NCBI GenBank assembly: GCA_963757475.1
Contig: CAVWRW010000001.1
Location: forward strand, 7,207 to 71,206
Reading direction: 5' to 3'
Source: Candidatus Dormiibacterota bacterium
Lineage (GTDB): Bacteria > Chloroflexota > Dormibacteria > Aeolococcales > Aeolococcaceae
Length of the DNA: 64,000 bases
The translations under genes were made by a program, and so were the position numbers. The notes beneath the pieces are model-generated. The model worked only from the letters and a program-made list of their open reading frames with translations. It did not search any database and was not told the origin of the DNA. Positions 37,698 through 47,669 of the stretch are shown piece after piece (the stretch's first letter is position 1; each line of letters opens with the position of its first letter).

Positions 37698-38876
37698 TCA
37701 CCGTACCTCCCGCAATATGCGCGCGACCTTGCGTGCGCTCAGACAGATCGCCAAGGCCCAGCCTGCGAGCGCTAGCCAAAATGTCACCGCCGCGAGATCT
37801 CGTTGCGCATTGAGATCACTCAGACGAAGGATCGTGAAGGTGCAGGCCGAGTACATTCCGATGGGAAATACCGATGCCCACCAGTGGATGTTCCATTGCT
37901 GGGCAGCAACCGAAACAAGCGAGCGGCGAATGGTGACCGCAGCAAGAACCAGATAGAGAGCACTGGCGCAAGCCCACGTCGCCCAGGCAGCTGCGGCGAC
38001 GACCCAGCGCTCGCCACCGACAGACGCTGTGCCGGTTGTCGAGGTGGCGAGGGTGGCGGCAGCCACCGTGCAGATCGCGAGCGCGCCCATGAGAATCCAG
38101 TGATCCGGCGTGAGATCGACGGCATGCCAGCCGCGTCGGTGCAGCCGGACGACGATGGGCAGCGCGAGCGCCGGGTAGGCCACGACACCTCCTGCCCATG
38201 CAATGACCGCGATGACCGAGAGTGCACGGCTATGCAGGTCGGTCGAGGTAGTGGCACCGAGCACGGCGATCGACTCGATCGAGACCACTCCCAGCAACCA
38301 GCGGCCCGAAGTGAAATGGATAAGTCCGAATCTCCCGTAACGGACGAGAGCGCCAAGCGTCGCCGCGACAACGACTATCCAGATGAGGACCGCACAAGCC
38401 CAGACAGCGACCAGCTCGCCTCCGTTGAGTTCCGTGGATAGCGCAAGCGCCGTGACCCCGAGTGCCGCAACGACGCTAAAAGCGTCGAAAACAGTTGTCG
38501 GGTGCCTGCGTTCAGCGGCGATCACCTGGCTGTGCAGCAGAGCTCGCATCAAGTGAAGACCGACCATCAAGGCGAGCACCGCAGCCGCTGACCAACTGAG
38601 AACGCCTGCGAGAGCTTGCTGGCCGGCGTCAGCGGCGGCAATGGACATTACCCCGGTTGCCATGACCACCGTGAAGGCGCTCACCGGCAGCTCGACGAGG
38701 AGTTGCCGCGCGGACCGGTCGATGAGGTGCACCGTAGGACGAACAGAGAGGGTCGCGTCCTGGATCGGGTGAGCGGCAACTCCTGCTGTCGTCATCGTGC
38801 GCTGGCTCTCCGGCACACCGGCGAGTGCGGCGCTCCCGGTGCCTCGCGGCGTGGCGAAGTCATTTCTATCGGTCAC
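37698..38876 (-). CDS. TehA/TDT/SLAC1-family anion transporter
   Basis: 392 aa with about 10 TM. The motifs FTVVMATGVMSIAA and WWASVFPIGMYSACTF resemble the tellurite-resistance/dicarboxylate transporter family. Confidence 0.65.
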   Translation of the reverse strand: MTDRNDFATPRGTGSAALAGVPESQRTMTTAGVAAHPIQDATLSVRPTVHLIDRSARQLLVELPVSAFTVVMATGVMSIAAADAGQQALAGVLSWSAAAVLALMVGLHLMRALLHSQVIAAERRHPTTVFDAFSVVAALGVTALALSTELNGGELVAVWACAVLIWIVVVAATLGALVRYGRFGLIHFTSGRWLLGVVSIESIAVLGATTSTDLHSRALSVIAVIAWAGGVVAYPALALPIVVRLHRRGWHAVDLTPDHWILMGALAICTVAAATLATSTTGTASVGGERWVVAAAAWATWACASALYLVLAAVTIRRSLVSVAAQQWNIHWWASVFPIGMYSACTFTILRLSDLNAQRDLAAVTFWLALAGWALAICLSARKVARILREVR

Positions 38877-38903
38877 CGGTGGGGACCCGTCGGGCCAATA
38901 GCT

Positions 38904-39194
38904 TTAGTTGCGCTGCGACGGGACGGTGCGTGACAAGGAAGGAATGTGAGATCCCATTCCATCGGGCGGCTCAGGTCCAGGTATGCCGGATGCCATGCCG
39001 TCAAGTGGCTCGGTTCCAGGTTTTCCGGATGCCATGCCGTCGGGTGGTACGGGTCCAGGTTTTCCGGATGCCATACCGTCTGGTGGCTCGGGCCCGACGA
39101 TGCCAGATGTCATACCGTCAGGCGGCTCGGGGCCGGAGGTACCGGACGCCATCCCATCGCGTAGTTCGGCTTCAGAACGCTCGTGTCGATTCAT
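38904..39194 (-). CDS. small repeat protein, about five copies of a 13-aa unit (PPDGMASGKPGPE-like)
   Basis: 96 aa with a GGAG RBS 7 nt upstream of the ATG. It ends 28 nt before the TehA-like start on the same strand. All six frames are open across the repeat, so the strand choice rests on the RBS and context only. Confidence 0.4.
   Translation of the reverse strand: MNRHERSEAELRDGMASGTSGPEPPDGMTSGIVGPEPPDGMASGKPGPVPPDGMASGKPGTEPLDGMASGIPGPEPPDGMGSHIPSLSRTVPSQRN
38954..39160. repeat. 39-bp tandem repeat, about 5.3 units
   Basis: Units of the form CCATGCCGTC-NNGTGGCTCGG-NTCCAGGTTTTCCGGATG repeat head to tail. The period is a multiple of 3. Confidence 0.85.
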
Positions 39195-39408
39195 GCCAAT
39201 CTCCGATGCCTATCTGGTCACTTCTTCGTCGCCAATCTACCGATCAACGCTTACAAACGGACTTATCAGTTCGAGTAGCTATCGTAAATCCTACTCCCTT
39301 GGACTGGCTGGCGCTATCTCGGCTATGCCCTACATGCGGTTGCTCGCACGGTGGTGAGCGGCTGGATACGTGGAGACCGTCCGGTCTGCTTCGTGCTAGC
39401 ATGCCAGG

Positions 39409-40017
39409 GTGCCAAAACTGCTCGAACGCACCCGCGAGCAGCGCCGCCGGCAGCTGCTCGACGCTGCTTGGCGCTGCATCGCGCGGGAGGGGTATCGCGA
39501 TCTGACCGTCGATGATGTCTGTGCCGATGCCGGGCTCAGCAAGGGGGCGTTCTACAGCCACTTCGTCTCAAAGGAGGAACTCCTCCTCGGTCTGATCGCT
39601 GACGACGCTGCCGCAATCGCCCGCGTTGCGGAGGCGCCGGCGACACTGCGGCTCGGCCCGGTCCAGCGGATTCGCAAGGTGACCGAGTCGATGCTCATGC
39701 AGGGGGCGGAGCCCGCACGTGTCCAGTTGCGTGCCGATGTTTGGGGTGCTGTGCAGACGTATCCAGCAATCCGTGCCGCGATCACGTCGGTGGTCGCCGA
39801 GCGGCAGCGCGTGCTCCGACAATGGGTTGAAGAGGCGGTCGCTATCGGCGAGATGTCCATCGACTTCCCGCCCAACGCCTTGGCAGCCCTTCTCCTCGCC
39901 ATCAGTGACGGACTCGTCTTGCACTACGCGCTCGATCCCCACGCGTTCCGCTGGGGAAAGATCAGCAAAGCTGTGGATGGGATGCTTGATGGCTTGGCAA
40001 TGCAGCGGCCCCGCTGA
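39409..40017 (+). CDS. TetR-family transcriptional regulator (paralog of 29089-29691)
   Basis: The HTH is RRRQLLDAAWRCIAREGYRDLTVDDVCADAGLSKGAFYSHF. It is alignable over its full length with the TetR at 29089. Confidence 0.85.
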   Translation: MPKLLERTREQRRRQLLDAAWRCIAREGYRDLTVDDVCADAGLSKGAFYSHFVSKEELLLGLIADDAAAIARVAEAPATLRLGPVQRIRKVTESMLMQGAEPARVQLRADVWGAVQTYPAIRAAITSVVAERQRVLRQWVEEAVAIGEMSIDFPPNALAALLLAISDGLVLHYALDPHAFRWGKISKAVDGMLDGLAMQRPR

Positions 40018-40139
40018 ATGTCTGATCAAGCTCTAGGCGCACATCGCGAGAGGATCACGTACGCCGATCATCGAGCCCGATGAAGTATGGACGACCAGCG
40101 GACGCCTCGGTTGCTCTGGCACAACTGCCTTCCCTCCAA

Positions 40140-40166
40140 GAGCGGGTGGCACCGCGCCACCCGCTC
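40140..40166. repeat. palindromic hairpin element, copy H3 (GAGCGGGTGG-N7-CCACCCGCTC)
   Basis: The stem is identical to H2, and the flanks TCCCTCCAAGAGC / GCTCGATCCGG are shared. Confidence 0.65.
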
Positions 40167-40293
40167 GATCCGGACCGCTGAGCGAATGTCGCCATCAGGA
40201 TGGTTCTTGTCGATCCCCGTGCTTCACACTCACAGCGAATCGTCTCGACAATGACTCTGCGAAAGTCGTTCACGCACCGCCTGACTGACTGAG

Positions 40294-41691
40294 ATGGCAA
40301 AGCCCGAATCGGCTCAGGCGGCCTCGGATGCACTCGTCTTCTTTGGTGCGACAGGCGACCTGGCTTACGAACAGATCTTCCCCGCCCTCTACGCACTGAC
40401 CAAGCGAGAAGCACTGAACATTCCGGTGATCGGCGTCGCTCACTCAGGTTGGAGTCTGGAGCAACTTCGAGCCAGGGCAAAGGACAGCCTCGAGCACGCC
40501 CAAGGTGGCATCGACGACCGCGCATCGTTCGATCGTCTCTTGCGGCGACTGCGATATGTCGATGGTGATTATGCGAATCGAGAGACGTTTGCAGCACTCA
40601 GAGATGCGCTCGGAGCAGCCTCTCGCCCAACTCACTACCTGGCTATCCCGCCGCTGCTCTTCGGAGATGTCATCACGCAACTCGGCGATTCGGGGTTGGC
40701 GACGAACGCGCGTGTCGTCGTCGAGAAGCCGTTCGGCCGGGACCTCGCCTCAGCTCGGCGTCTCACCCGTATTGCCCAGGCGGTGTTTCCTGAAGAAGCT
40801 ATCTTCCGTATCGACCATTTCCTCGGCAAGGGCGCGGTCGAGAACATCCTCTACTTTCGTTTCGCAAATGCATTCCTCGAACCGATCTGGAATCGCGACC
40901 ACATTGCGAGCGTGCAAATCACACTCGCGGAGAGGTTCGGTGTACGGGGCCGCGGCGCCTTCTACGAGACCACCGGGTGCTTGCGAGACGTTGTCGAGAA
41001 CCACCTTTTCCAGGTTGTCGCGCTCCTCGCTATGGAGCCGCCGGTGAACACCACTGCGGACTCTCTGCGCAACGAGAAGACGAAGGTCTTGCACGCGATT
41101 CGGCAGCTCACGCCCGATGACGTCGTGCGAGGCCAGTACGCCGGCTATAGGAAAAAGTCGGGGGTGGCTGTGGCCTCGGACGTCGAGACGTACTGCGCGA
41201 TTCGGCTCTACATCAACTCCTGGCGTTGGAATGGGGTGCCGTGGTATCTGCGCGCCGGCAAGTGCCTGGCCGCAACCGCCACCGAGGTCGTGGTCGACTT
41301 CAAGCCGCCCGCTCAACAACTCTTCGCCGATTCACCGCGAAGGGCACGCCAGTGCAACTATCTCCGCTTCCGGTTGGGTCCTTCGCCGGCTATTGCGTTC
41401 GCTGCACGGGTAAAAGGTGGGGGGGAAGGCTTGATTGGCGAGCAGCGCGAATTCTGCTTGATGGATGAGCAACTCAATGAAGTAACGCCCTACGTTCGGC
41501 TTCTCGGAGACGCTCTGAGAGGCGATAACACGCTTTTTACCGGCGAAGCCGCGGTTGAGGCTGCATGGACAGCCGTTGACCCAATCCTCAAGCGACATCC
41601 CTCCGCCGTGAGCTACAGGCGAGGGAGTTGGGGGCCGAAGGCCGCCGACCTTCTGGCTCAGCCTGCGGGGGGGTGGCGTCGCCCAAGGTGA
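40294..41691 (+). CDS. zwf: glucose-6-phosphate dehydrogenase
   Basis: 465 aa. Dinucleotide motif FFGATGDLA, active-site RIDHFLGK, then EPIWNRDHI. Confidence 0.9.
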   Translation: MAKPESAQAASDALVFFGATGDLAYEQIFPALYALTKREALNIPVIGVAHSGWSLEQLRARAKDSLEHAQGGIDDRASFDRLLRRLRYVDGDYANRETFAALRDALGAASRPTHYLAIPPLLFGDVITQLGDSGLATNARVVVEKPFGRDLASARRLTRIAQAVFPEEAIFRIDHFLGKGAVENILYFRFANAFLEPIWNRDHIASVQITLAERFGVRGRGAFYETTGCLRDVVENHLFQVVALLAMEPPVNTTADSLRNEKTKVLHAIRQLTPDDVVRGQYAGYRKKSGVAVASDVETYCAIRLYINSWRWNGVPWYLRAGKCLAATATEVVVDFKPPAQQLFADSPRRARQCNYLRFRLGPSPAIAFAARVKGGGEGLIGEQREFCLMDEQLNEVTPYVRLLGDALRGDNTLFTGEAAVEAAWTAVDPILKRHPSAVSYRRGSWGPKAADLLAQPAGGWRRPR

Positions 41692-41699
41692 CACCCTCA

Positions 41700-41953
41700 G
41701 ATACGCGGTGAGGCCTCCGGATACGGATAGGGAGGATTGCCGCCCTCTGCTCCGTCGAGCATATGTCCCGACGTCGAGAGGACTTCCAAATCGAAGTGCG
41801 CCGGCCATTTTCTTGACCTGACGGGGCGTACGGAGAGTCGGGGCTTTTCTCTGAGGAATATGACGTGCATCAGCGACAGATGCGCGGCGAACTGCACCGG
41901 TCTTCTTCCATGCGCTCCTCTTGGAGAGTTCGGCGCTGTTAGGCCCGGCTTGA
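41700..41953 (+). pseudogene. C-terminal remnant of a second GH15 gene (multiple frame disruptions)
   Basis: Nucleotide and peptide similarity to 23850-24061. Examples are GLFSEEYDVHQRQMRGEL vs GLFTEEYDVRQRQLRGNL, and in the +1 frame PVFFHALLLESSALL vs QAFVHALLLECAVEL. Confidence 0.6.
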
Positions 41954-42090
41954 CCTCCGGAGAAGTTGCCGACCGTGGTACCCAAAACGCTATCGAGGGT
42001 TGTCGGCGCTAGCGCCACTTGCTAACAAACCCATTGGTACGTTTGTGCTACCGTTGATGGGCGAACAGAGCCACCCTCGGAGGCAAGTCA

Positions 42091-42225
42091 ATGACGATGA
42101 TGGGACCCGCACTGACCCTTCAGCCGTGGTTGTTGGTGGTGGCGGTCGCCATCGGGTTCTTGGTCACCATCGCGATCAAGGATGGCATTGACAGTCGCGA
42201 CCACTCACGCGATAACGATCGATGA
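42091..42225 (+). CDS. possible 44-aa single-TM protein
   Basis: GGAGG RBS 7 nt upstream of the ATG. The peptide is MTMMGPALTLQPWLLVVAVAIGFLVTIAIKDG.... It is shorter than the ORF track cut-off. Confidence 0.3.
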   Translation: MTMMGPALTLQPWLLVVAVAIGFLVTIAIKDGIDSRDHSRDNDR

Positions 42226-42700
42226 CAACGACGAGCGCCGAGCACGATGCCGACACCGTCTACTCCGCGACGCACTCGTTTGCCAAGGAGAAGGCGGTGG
42301 AGTCACCGTGTGCGCCACTTGCCGTCTGTCCCTATTCGGAGGAGACGGTAACGGCGTGCCGGTACTATAGGCCGCGCTCGGAACACGGAGATGCCCCGGA
42401 TGCAGCTTCGTGCAGACATGCCCTGGTCATTCACGTCTCGTCCGCGGTGCGACGCAGGCACTGCCTCATAGCAGCTGGTTAAGTCCCTCGGAATCCAAGT
42501 CCCACCGCCCCCGGCAGCTCTGGAGACCAGCGACTCCAAATGCGCCGGGTTCCGGCCGGCATCTGCGAATCCCCACGGGGTCGCGACAGGCTGACGCGCG
42601 GTTTGGTGTAGGCGCCACGTGACCGTTCTAGACAATCCTGACCACTTCACACCCTATCCCGATCGTAGCCGCGCGATGCCCGTCCAACGAAGGCGCCTTC

Positions 42701-43849
42701 CTAGGCCTTCTCCGCCTCGAGCAATGCCAGGTCCGCCGGTGTGCGACGCACGCTCGTCGGACGCAATCCGGCTTTGGTCATGAGCTCCTGAATCTCTGGG
42801 ATGGATCGCTCCCGACCACGCTCGGACACGACCAGCATCTGCAGGTCGATCGGCGAGAACCGCCCATGCGCCGTGTTCCGCTCCTGGATACCCTCGATCA
42901 CCACCAGCTTGGCGCCAGGCGGCATTGCGGCCGCGACGTTGCCGAGGACACGCACGCAGTCGGCATCATCCCAGTCGTGAAGGATCCATTTCAGCAAATA
43001 GACGTCGGCGCTGACGTGAAGGTCGCCGAAGATGTCGCCCTGTTGAAGCTCGACCCGTTCGTTGAGGCCGAGCGAACCGAGGTACGTGGAGGCTTCGGCG
43101 AGCACCAACGGGGCCTCGACGAGGATGCCTCGCGCCCGCGGCGTACGGCGCAGCACCTCGCCGAGCAGCGCTCCGACTCCACCGGCGATGTCGCAGACGA
43201 CCCCGCTGCTCGGGAACTTGTACGACGCGGCGATCGCCGACGCCTCCGAGAGGGTCAGACCCGACAGCCCGGCGGCGAAGGCGCGGCCCTCCTTCGGATT
43301 GGCGTCGAACCAGGAGAAGAACGACATGCCGTTCTGGCGGTTGAAGGCCGGCTCGCCGGTGCGCAGCGTTGCGGCGAGGTCTCCCCAGGCGTTCTGGTGC
43401 GCCTTCGATGCCATGAACGCGCACCACTGATCCGACGCGTACGGGGCATCACTGGTGAGCGCCCTGGTCAGCCGCGTAGCGTGGAATCGACCCGACCGGT
43501 CGAGGCGCACCAGGTTGTGGACGGCGCCCATGCGCAGGGCACGATGGAGGGCATCGGCATCACAGTGCAATGTGGCGGCCAGCTCGTCGGCCGTTTTGGG
43601 ACCAGAGGCGAGCTCGTCGGCGACGCCCAGCTCGACCATGGCCCCGAGGAGGTATGCGACGGAGAACCCCGCAGAGTGCTCGAGGATCGCCAGCTCGGAC
43701 GGGAGCACCCGGTCCGCCGCGCGGAGCAGGACACTGCGGAGCTTCATCGCAGCATGAACGGCCAGTCGCGGTGGGACCTGGGTTCGCGGGCCTCGCCTCG
43801 CGGGAGCGACAGGACCGGCGGCTTCGTCGGAGATTGCGCGTACAGCCAT
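42701..43849 (-). CDS. class I SAM-dependent O-methyltransferase (dimerisation domain + Methyltransf_2)
   Basis: Motif I VCDIAGGVGALLGEVL, then LLKWILHDWDD, with an N-terminal winged-helix dimerisation region. An AGGAG RBS precedes the ATG at 43849, and an alternative ATG lies at 43747. Confidence 0.8.
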   Translation of the reverse strand: MAVRAISDEAAGPVAPARRGPRTQVPPRLAVHAAMKLRSVLLRAADRVLPSELAILEHSAGFSVAYLLGAMVELGVADELASGPKTADELAATLHCDADALHRALRMGAVHNLVRLDRSGRFHATRLTRALTSDAPYASDQWCAFMASKAHQNAWGDLAATLRTGEPAFNRQNGMSFFSWFDANPKEGRAFAAGLSGLTLSEASAIAASYKFPSSGVVCDIAGGVGALLGEVLRRTPRARGILVEAPLVLAEASTYLGSLGLNERVELQQGDIFGDLHVSADVYLLKWILHDWDDADCVRVLGNVAAAMPPGAKLVVIEGIQERNTAHGRFSPIDLQMLVVSERGRERSIPEIQELMTKAGLRPTSVRRTPADLALLEAEKA

Positions 43850-43901
43850 GGAGAGCTCCTCACGTGTTATTTGGCCACACTAAGAGTATGACGGTTAGAC
43901 T

Positions 43902-44561
43902 GTGAGTATAGTGAATAAGGGTTCCGCTGTAAAGCGGCGATATCAGTCGCCTCTACGAAGGGCACAGGCACAGTCGACGCGCGTGACGATCGTCGAAGCC
44001 GCCGCCCGTCTCTTCGTCACCCGCGGCTACGCGGGCACGTCCATGGACGACATCGCGACCGCCGCCGGCGTGGGACGCGCGACGGTGTTTGCATCCGTGG
44101 GTGGAAAGGCGGCGATCCTCAAGGCCGCATACGACATCGCGATTGTGGGCGACGACGAACCCATTCCACTCCCTCTACGCCCCTGGGCCATCGCCGTGCG
44201 CGATGAGCCCGATCCTCTGCGGATGATCGACGCCTACGCGGGGATGATCACCGACGTTTCCGGTCGGGTCGCTCCGATCTACGAGGCTATGCACAGCGCG
44301 GTCGGCGCTGACACTGAGGTGAAAGCCCTGTGGGACGGCATGCGCATCGAACGCCGCGGGGGTGCCGCCGGCTTTGTCGGTTTCCTCGTCGCTCGCCACG
44401 CGCTCCGTGCCGGCGTGGACCGTAAGCGCGCGGGCGATGTGGTCTGGGCGCTCATCGACCCGGGGATGTATCAGCTTCTGGTGAACGAGATGGCGTGGAC
44501 TCCCGCGCAGTTTCGGAAATGGCTGGCCGATACTCTCGCGGACCAATTGCTGCAGCGGTGA
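43902..44561 (+). CDS. TetR-family transcriptional regulator
   Basis: The HTH is IVEAAARLFVTRGYAGTSMDDIATAAGVGRATVF. It is divergent from the O-methyltransferase. Confidence 0.85.
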   Translation: MSIVNKGSAVKRRYQSPLRRAQAQSTRVTIVEAAARLFVTRGYAGTSMDDIATAAGVGRATVFASVGGKAAILKAAYDIAIVGDDEPIPLPLRPWAIAVRDEPDPLRMIDAYAGMITDVSGRVAPIYEAMHSAVGADTEVKALWDGMRIERRGGAAGFVGFLVARHALRAGVDRKRAGDVVWALIDPGMYQLLVNEMAWTPAQFRKWLADTLADQLLQR

Positions 44562-44576
44562 CGCCATTGAACAAAA

Positions 44577-45223
44577 TCAGGCCTGCGGCCGGGTCAACGC
44601 CTCCAAGCGACGTCGTCCCTGCGGCGAGGCCGCCGCGCTGATCGTGCGCTGCACTGCGCGTCTCGACAGCTCGAAGAATCGCTCATCGCTGTACAGGTGG
44701 AAGTACCAATTTGCCGAGAGCATCGCAGCCTCGAGCTCAAATGCGAGTTGGATCGGGTCAACCGTGCTTTCGAACTCGCCCGCGCTGATCCCGTCTCGTG
44801 CGGCACCTTCGAGCATGTCCAGCCATTGACGCTGTATGGCCGCAATCGTGTCCCGGACAACCCCTGGTCGTGCATCGAATTCAGCCATTGCCGCCGCAAA
44901 AAAGCATCCCCCGGGAAGACGCGTCGCTCCATGAGGGCCACGTAGCGATCGCAGAGCCCGTGGAGGGTCGCGATGCCCGGCGAATGGGCCAGTCCTGGGA
45001 GGATCACCCGCTCGACGTAGACCTGACGCGCATGGTCGATGGTGGCGAGTTGCAACTCCTCCTTCGACCCGAAGTGCGCGAACAGCCCACTCTTACTCAT
45101 AGAGAGATCGCTGGCTAGCCGGCCTAAAGTGAGCCCCTCAAGGCCGGCGACGCTCGCGATCGCGGTTGCGACCTCAAGGATTCCCTGCTTCGTGGCAAGG
45201 CCACGGGGGGTTTGCGTGGGCAC
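44577..45223 (-). pseudogene. TetR-family regulator with a frame shift in a G/C homopolymer near 44910
   Basis: The N-terminal HTH frame (GILEVATAIASVAGLEGLTLGRLASDLSMSKSGLFAHF) runs to ...RRVFPG. The C-terminal domain (MAEFDARPGVVRDTIAAIQRQWLDML...) is in another frame. One G missing from the GGGGG run would restore PGGCFFAAAMAEF. Confidence 0.75.
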
Positions 45224-45307
45224 CTGACTTGTATAGCACGAACGGTCGTGCTATGGTCCGCCATCACATGCGACCGATCGGTCGTGCTATTCATGGAGGT
45301 GACCACG

Positions 45308-45535
45308 ATGCCTTTGGTGAACGTCAAGCTGATCGAGGGAGTGTTCAACGAGAGCCAGAAGCGCGACATGGTGCGCAGGCTCACCGACACGATGGTGGAA
45401 ATAGAAGGCGAGGCATTGCGACCCGTGACATGGGTCGTGGTTGAGGAGGTCAAGAGTGGAGACTGGGGGATCGGCGGCAATCCACTCACCACGGCGGACG
45501 TCAAAGCGCTCGCGGCCGGACAACCGGTCGGCTAA
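45308..45535 (+). CDS. 4-oxalocrotonate tautomerase family protein
   Basis: 75 aa from the ATG at 45308 (GGAGG RBS). The N-terminal MPLVNVKLIEG carries the catalytic Pro1. Confidence 0.75.
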   Translation: MPLVNVKLIEGVFNESQKRDMVRRLTDTMVEIEGEALRPVTWVVVEEVKSGDWGIGGNPLTTADVKALAAGQPVG

Positions 45536-45560
45536 CACCGCCATCTTGGGCTGACTGACG

Positions 45561-46817
45561 ATGTATGACGTCGTCGTCGTCGGAGCACGCTGCGCGGGAG
45601 CGTCGGTCGCGACGCTCCTGGCGCGGCGCGGGCACCGTGTGGCACTTGTCGATCGAGCAGCGTTCCCCAGCGACACCATCTCCAGTCACTTCCTGTGGGT
45701 GCAAGGCGCCGCACGACTTGCATCATGGGGCCTTCTCGAACGCCTGAAGTCGAGGGGTTGCGAGCCTCTTCCGTCGCTGACGTTCGATTTCGGTTCCGTT
45801 GTGCTCAGCGGTCGCGTCCCAGAGGTTCAGGGAGTGAGTGACTGCTTCTGTCCTCGACGAACCGTCCTCGATACCCTTCTGGTCGATGCGGCGGTCGAAG
45901 CGGGTGTCGAGCTCATCGACCGCACGTCGGTGTCGTCGGTCAGGTGGTGTGAGGGCCACGCGTGTGGTGTCGACATCAAGCCGGCCAACGGAACGGCAGG
46001 TCATCTCGGCGCGCGTTTGGTCGTGGGCGCGGACGGCCGCCACTCGTTGATCGCCGCCCAAGTCGGCGCCCAGGCCTACAGGAACGAGCCGCCCCTGAGC
46101 TTCGCCTATTACTCGTACTGGAGCGGAGTCCCAACACAATCGCCCATTTATCACGTGCGCCCGGGCCGGCTCATCCTGCGTTGGCCGACCAACGACGGGC
46201 TCACCTGTGTCTACGTGGGCGGCCGCCACTCCGAATTCGCGGGATTTCGACGTGACGTCGAGGGCAACTTCATGCGGTCGCTCGACGTCATTCCCGGGCT
46301 TCGCGACCAGGTCGTTGCTGGACGGCGCGAGGAGCGCTTTCGAGGCGCAGCGGATCTGCCGAATTACTATCGAACCTCGTTCGGGGACGGATGGGCACTC
46401 GCCGGAGACGCTGGTCACCATAAGGATCCGACGACTGGATTTGGCATGTCGGACGCATTTGCTTCAGCCGAGTTACTGGCGAAGGCTACCGATGCGGTGC
46501 TTGTCGGAGAACGGCCATGGAAGGAGGCCCTGGGAGATTACCAGCGGCATCGTGATGACGCGACTGCGAACGGTTTCCGCCTCACGTTGAGTGCGGCATC
46601 GCTCGACCCCCTTGCGCCTCACCTGCATGATCTGTATGAGGCGGCGTCCGCCCGGCCCGAGGCGGTAACCCGGATCATCGGAGTGCTGGGCGGCATCACG
46701 CCGCTCGGGAGCGGGTTCTCAAGAAGAATCGCTGCCGAAACGGCGGAAAGCAGGATTGACGGCGAAGTCGGACGGATGGTCCGCACGACAGAAGGTAGCC
46801 ATGGATTTGTTGCTTGA
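45561..46817 (+). CDS. FAD-dependent oxidoreductase/monooxygenase (geranylgeranyl-reductase-like)
   Basis: YDVVVVGARCAGASVATLLARRGHRVALVDR is a GxGxxG beta-alpha-beta motif. It also has LVVGADGRHS and GDAGHHKDPTTGFG motifs. Confidence 0.8.
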   Translation: MYDVVVVGARCAGASVATLLARRGHRVALVDRAAFPSDTISSHFLWVQGAARLASWGLLERLKSRGCEPLPSLTFDFGSVVLSGRVPEVQGVSDCFCPRRTVLDTLLVDAAVEAGVELIDRTSVSSVRWCEGHACGVDIKPANGTAGHLGARLVVGADGRHSLIAAQVGAQAYRNEPPLSFAYYSYWSGVPTQSPIYHVRPGRLILRWPTNDGLTCVYVGGRHSEFAGFRRDVEGNFMRSLDVIPGLRDQVVAGRREERFRGAADLPNYYRTSFGDGWALAGDAGHHKDPTTGFGMSDAFASAELLAKATDAVLVGERPWKEALGDYQRHRDDATANGFRLTLSAASLDPLAPHLHDLYEAASARPEAVTRIIGVLGGITPLGSGFSRRIAAETAESRIDGEVGRMVRTTEGSHGFVA

Positions 46818-46847
46818 GCCAGGGGTGCGTGCCGAAGGATCGGTCCG

Positions 46848-47669
46848 ATGACGAGCGTCAATAGGCAGAGTGACTGGACAGTTGTTGATGAAGGCTGGGG
46901 CCGCAAAGCCGTCGATTTCGCCGCGCTGAGCGAACCGGGCAACTGCCGTGAGTATGTGGCGCTGCACCACCGCCTCGGTGTGGGCGACGGCGACCGGCTT
47001 GTTGATATGGCCTGTGGCGCTGGTCTGGCCATAGAACTGGCTCGTGCCCGGGGCGCCAGCTGCGCGGGCATCGACGCGTCCTCCCGGCTGGTCGCCGTCG
47101 CACGTGACAGGAACCCCAATGCCGACGTCCGGGTGGGTGACATGCACGCGATGCCCTGGGCGAACGAGAGCTTCGATGTCGCGACGAGCTTTCGAGGTAT
47201 CTGGGGAACAACGCCGGCGGCCATCGGTGAGATGCATCGTGTCCTTGTCCCCGGCGGCCGACTCGGCCTCACGGTGTGGGGGCACATCAAGATGTCGCCG
47301 GGTGCCTGGGCGCTCGCCCCCTTCCGGTTGGCGGCTTCCGCGAAGGTCGAGAACCAGGCGGCGATGGTCACGTTGGGCCGGCCCGGCGTCGGCGAGGCCC
47401 TGCTGACCCAATTTGGCTTCGTCGATGTCGAGCGCGTGAGCATCCCGTTCGCGTGGGAGTTCTCGGACCCGCAGATGTACGCACGCGCTCTCGCTTCGAC
47501 CGGTCCAGCGTACGAGGCAATCCAGAACGTCGGTGAGGCGGCGTTCATGGCGGCCGCAACGCAAGAAGCTGAGGAGCGGGTTCGGGAGGGCCTGCCCCTG
47601 AGAGCGGCGATCGATGTCGTGGGTTACATCGCCCGCAAGCCCGGGGCGATCAGGAAGGAGACAGCATGA
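46848..47669 (+). CDS. class I SAM-dependent methyltransferase
   Basis: Motif I LVDMACGAGL and post-I IDASSRLV, then GGRLGLTVW. Confidence 0.8.
   Translation: MTSVNRQSDWTVVDEGWGRKAVDFAALSEPGNCREYVALHHRLGVGDGDRLVDMACGAGLAIELARARGASCAGIDASSRLVAVARDRNPNADVRVGDMHAMPWANESFDVATSFRGIWGTTPAAIGEMHRVLVPGGRLGLTVWGHIKMSPGAWALAPFRLAASAKVENQAAMVTLGRPGVGEALLTQFGFVDVERVSIPFAWEFSDPQMYARALASTGPAYEAIQNVGEAAFMAAATQEAEERVREGLPLRAAIDVVGYIARKPGAIRKETA

Noticed and set aside
38954-39160. Possible CRISPR array
   Set aside because: The repeat units are directly adjacent, with a 39-bp period and no spacers. The period is a multiple of three and no cas genes are present. It is a coding-type tandem repeat.
43850-43901. 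TetR operator in the O-methyltransferase/TetR divergent region
   Set aside because: Only short palindromes (GAGCTC, CACGTG) and a GAGTAT direct repeat are present. There is no convincing extended inverted repeat.
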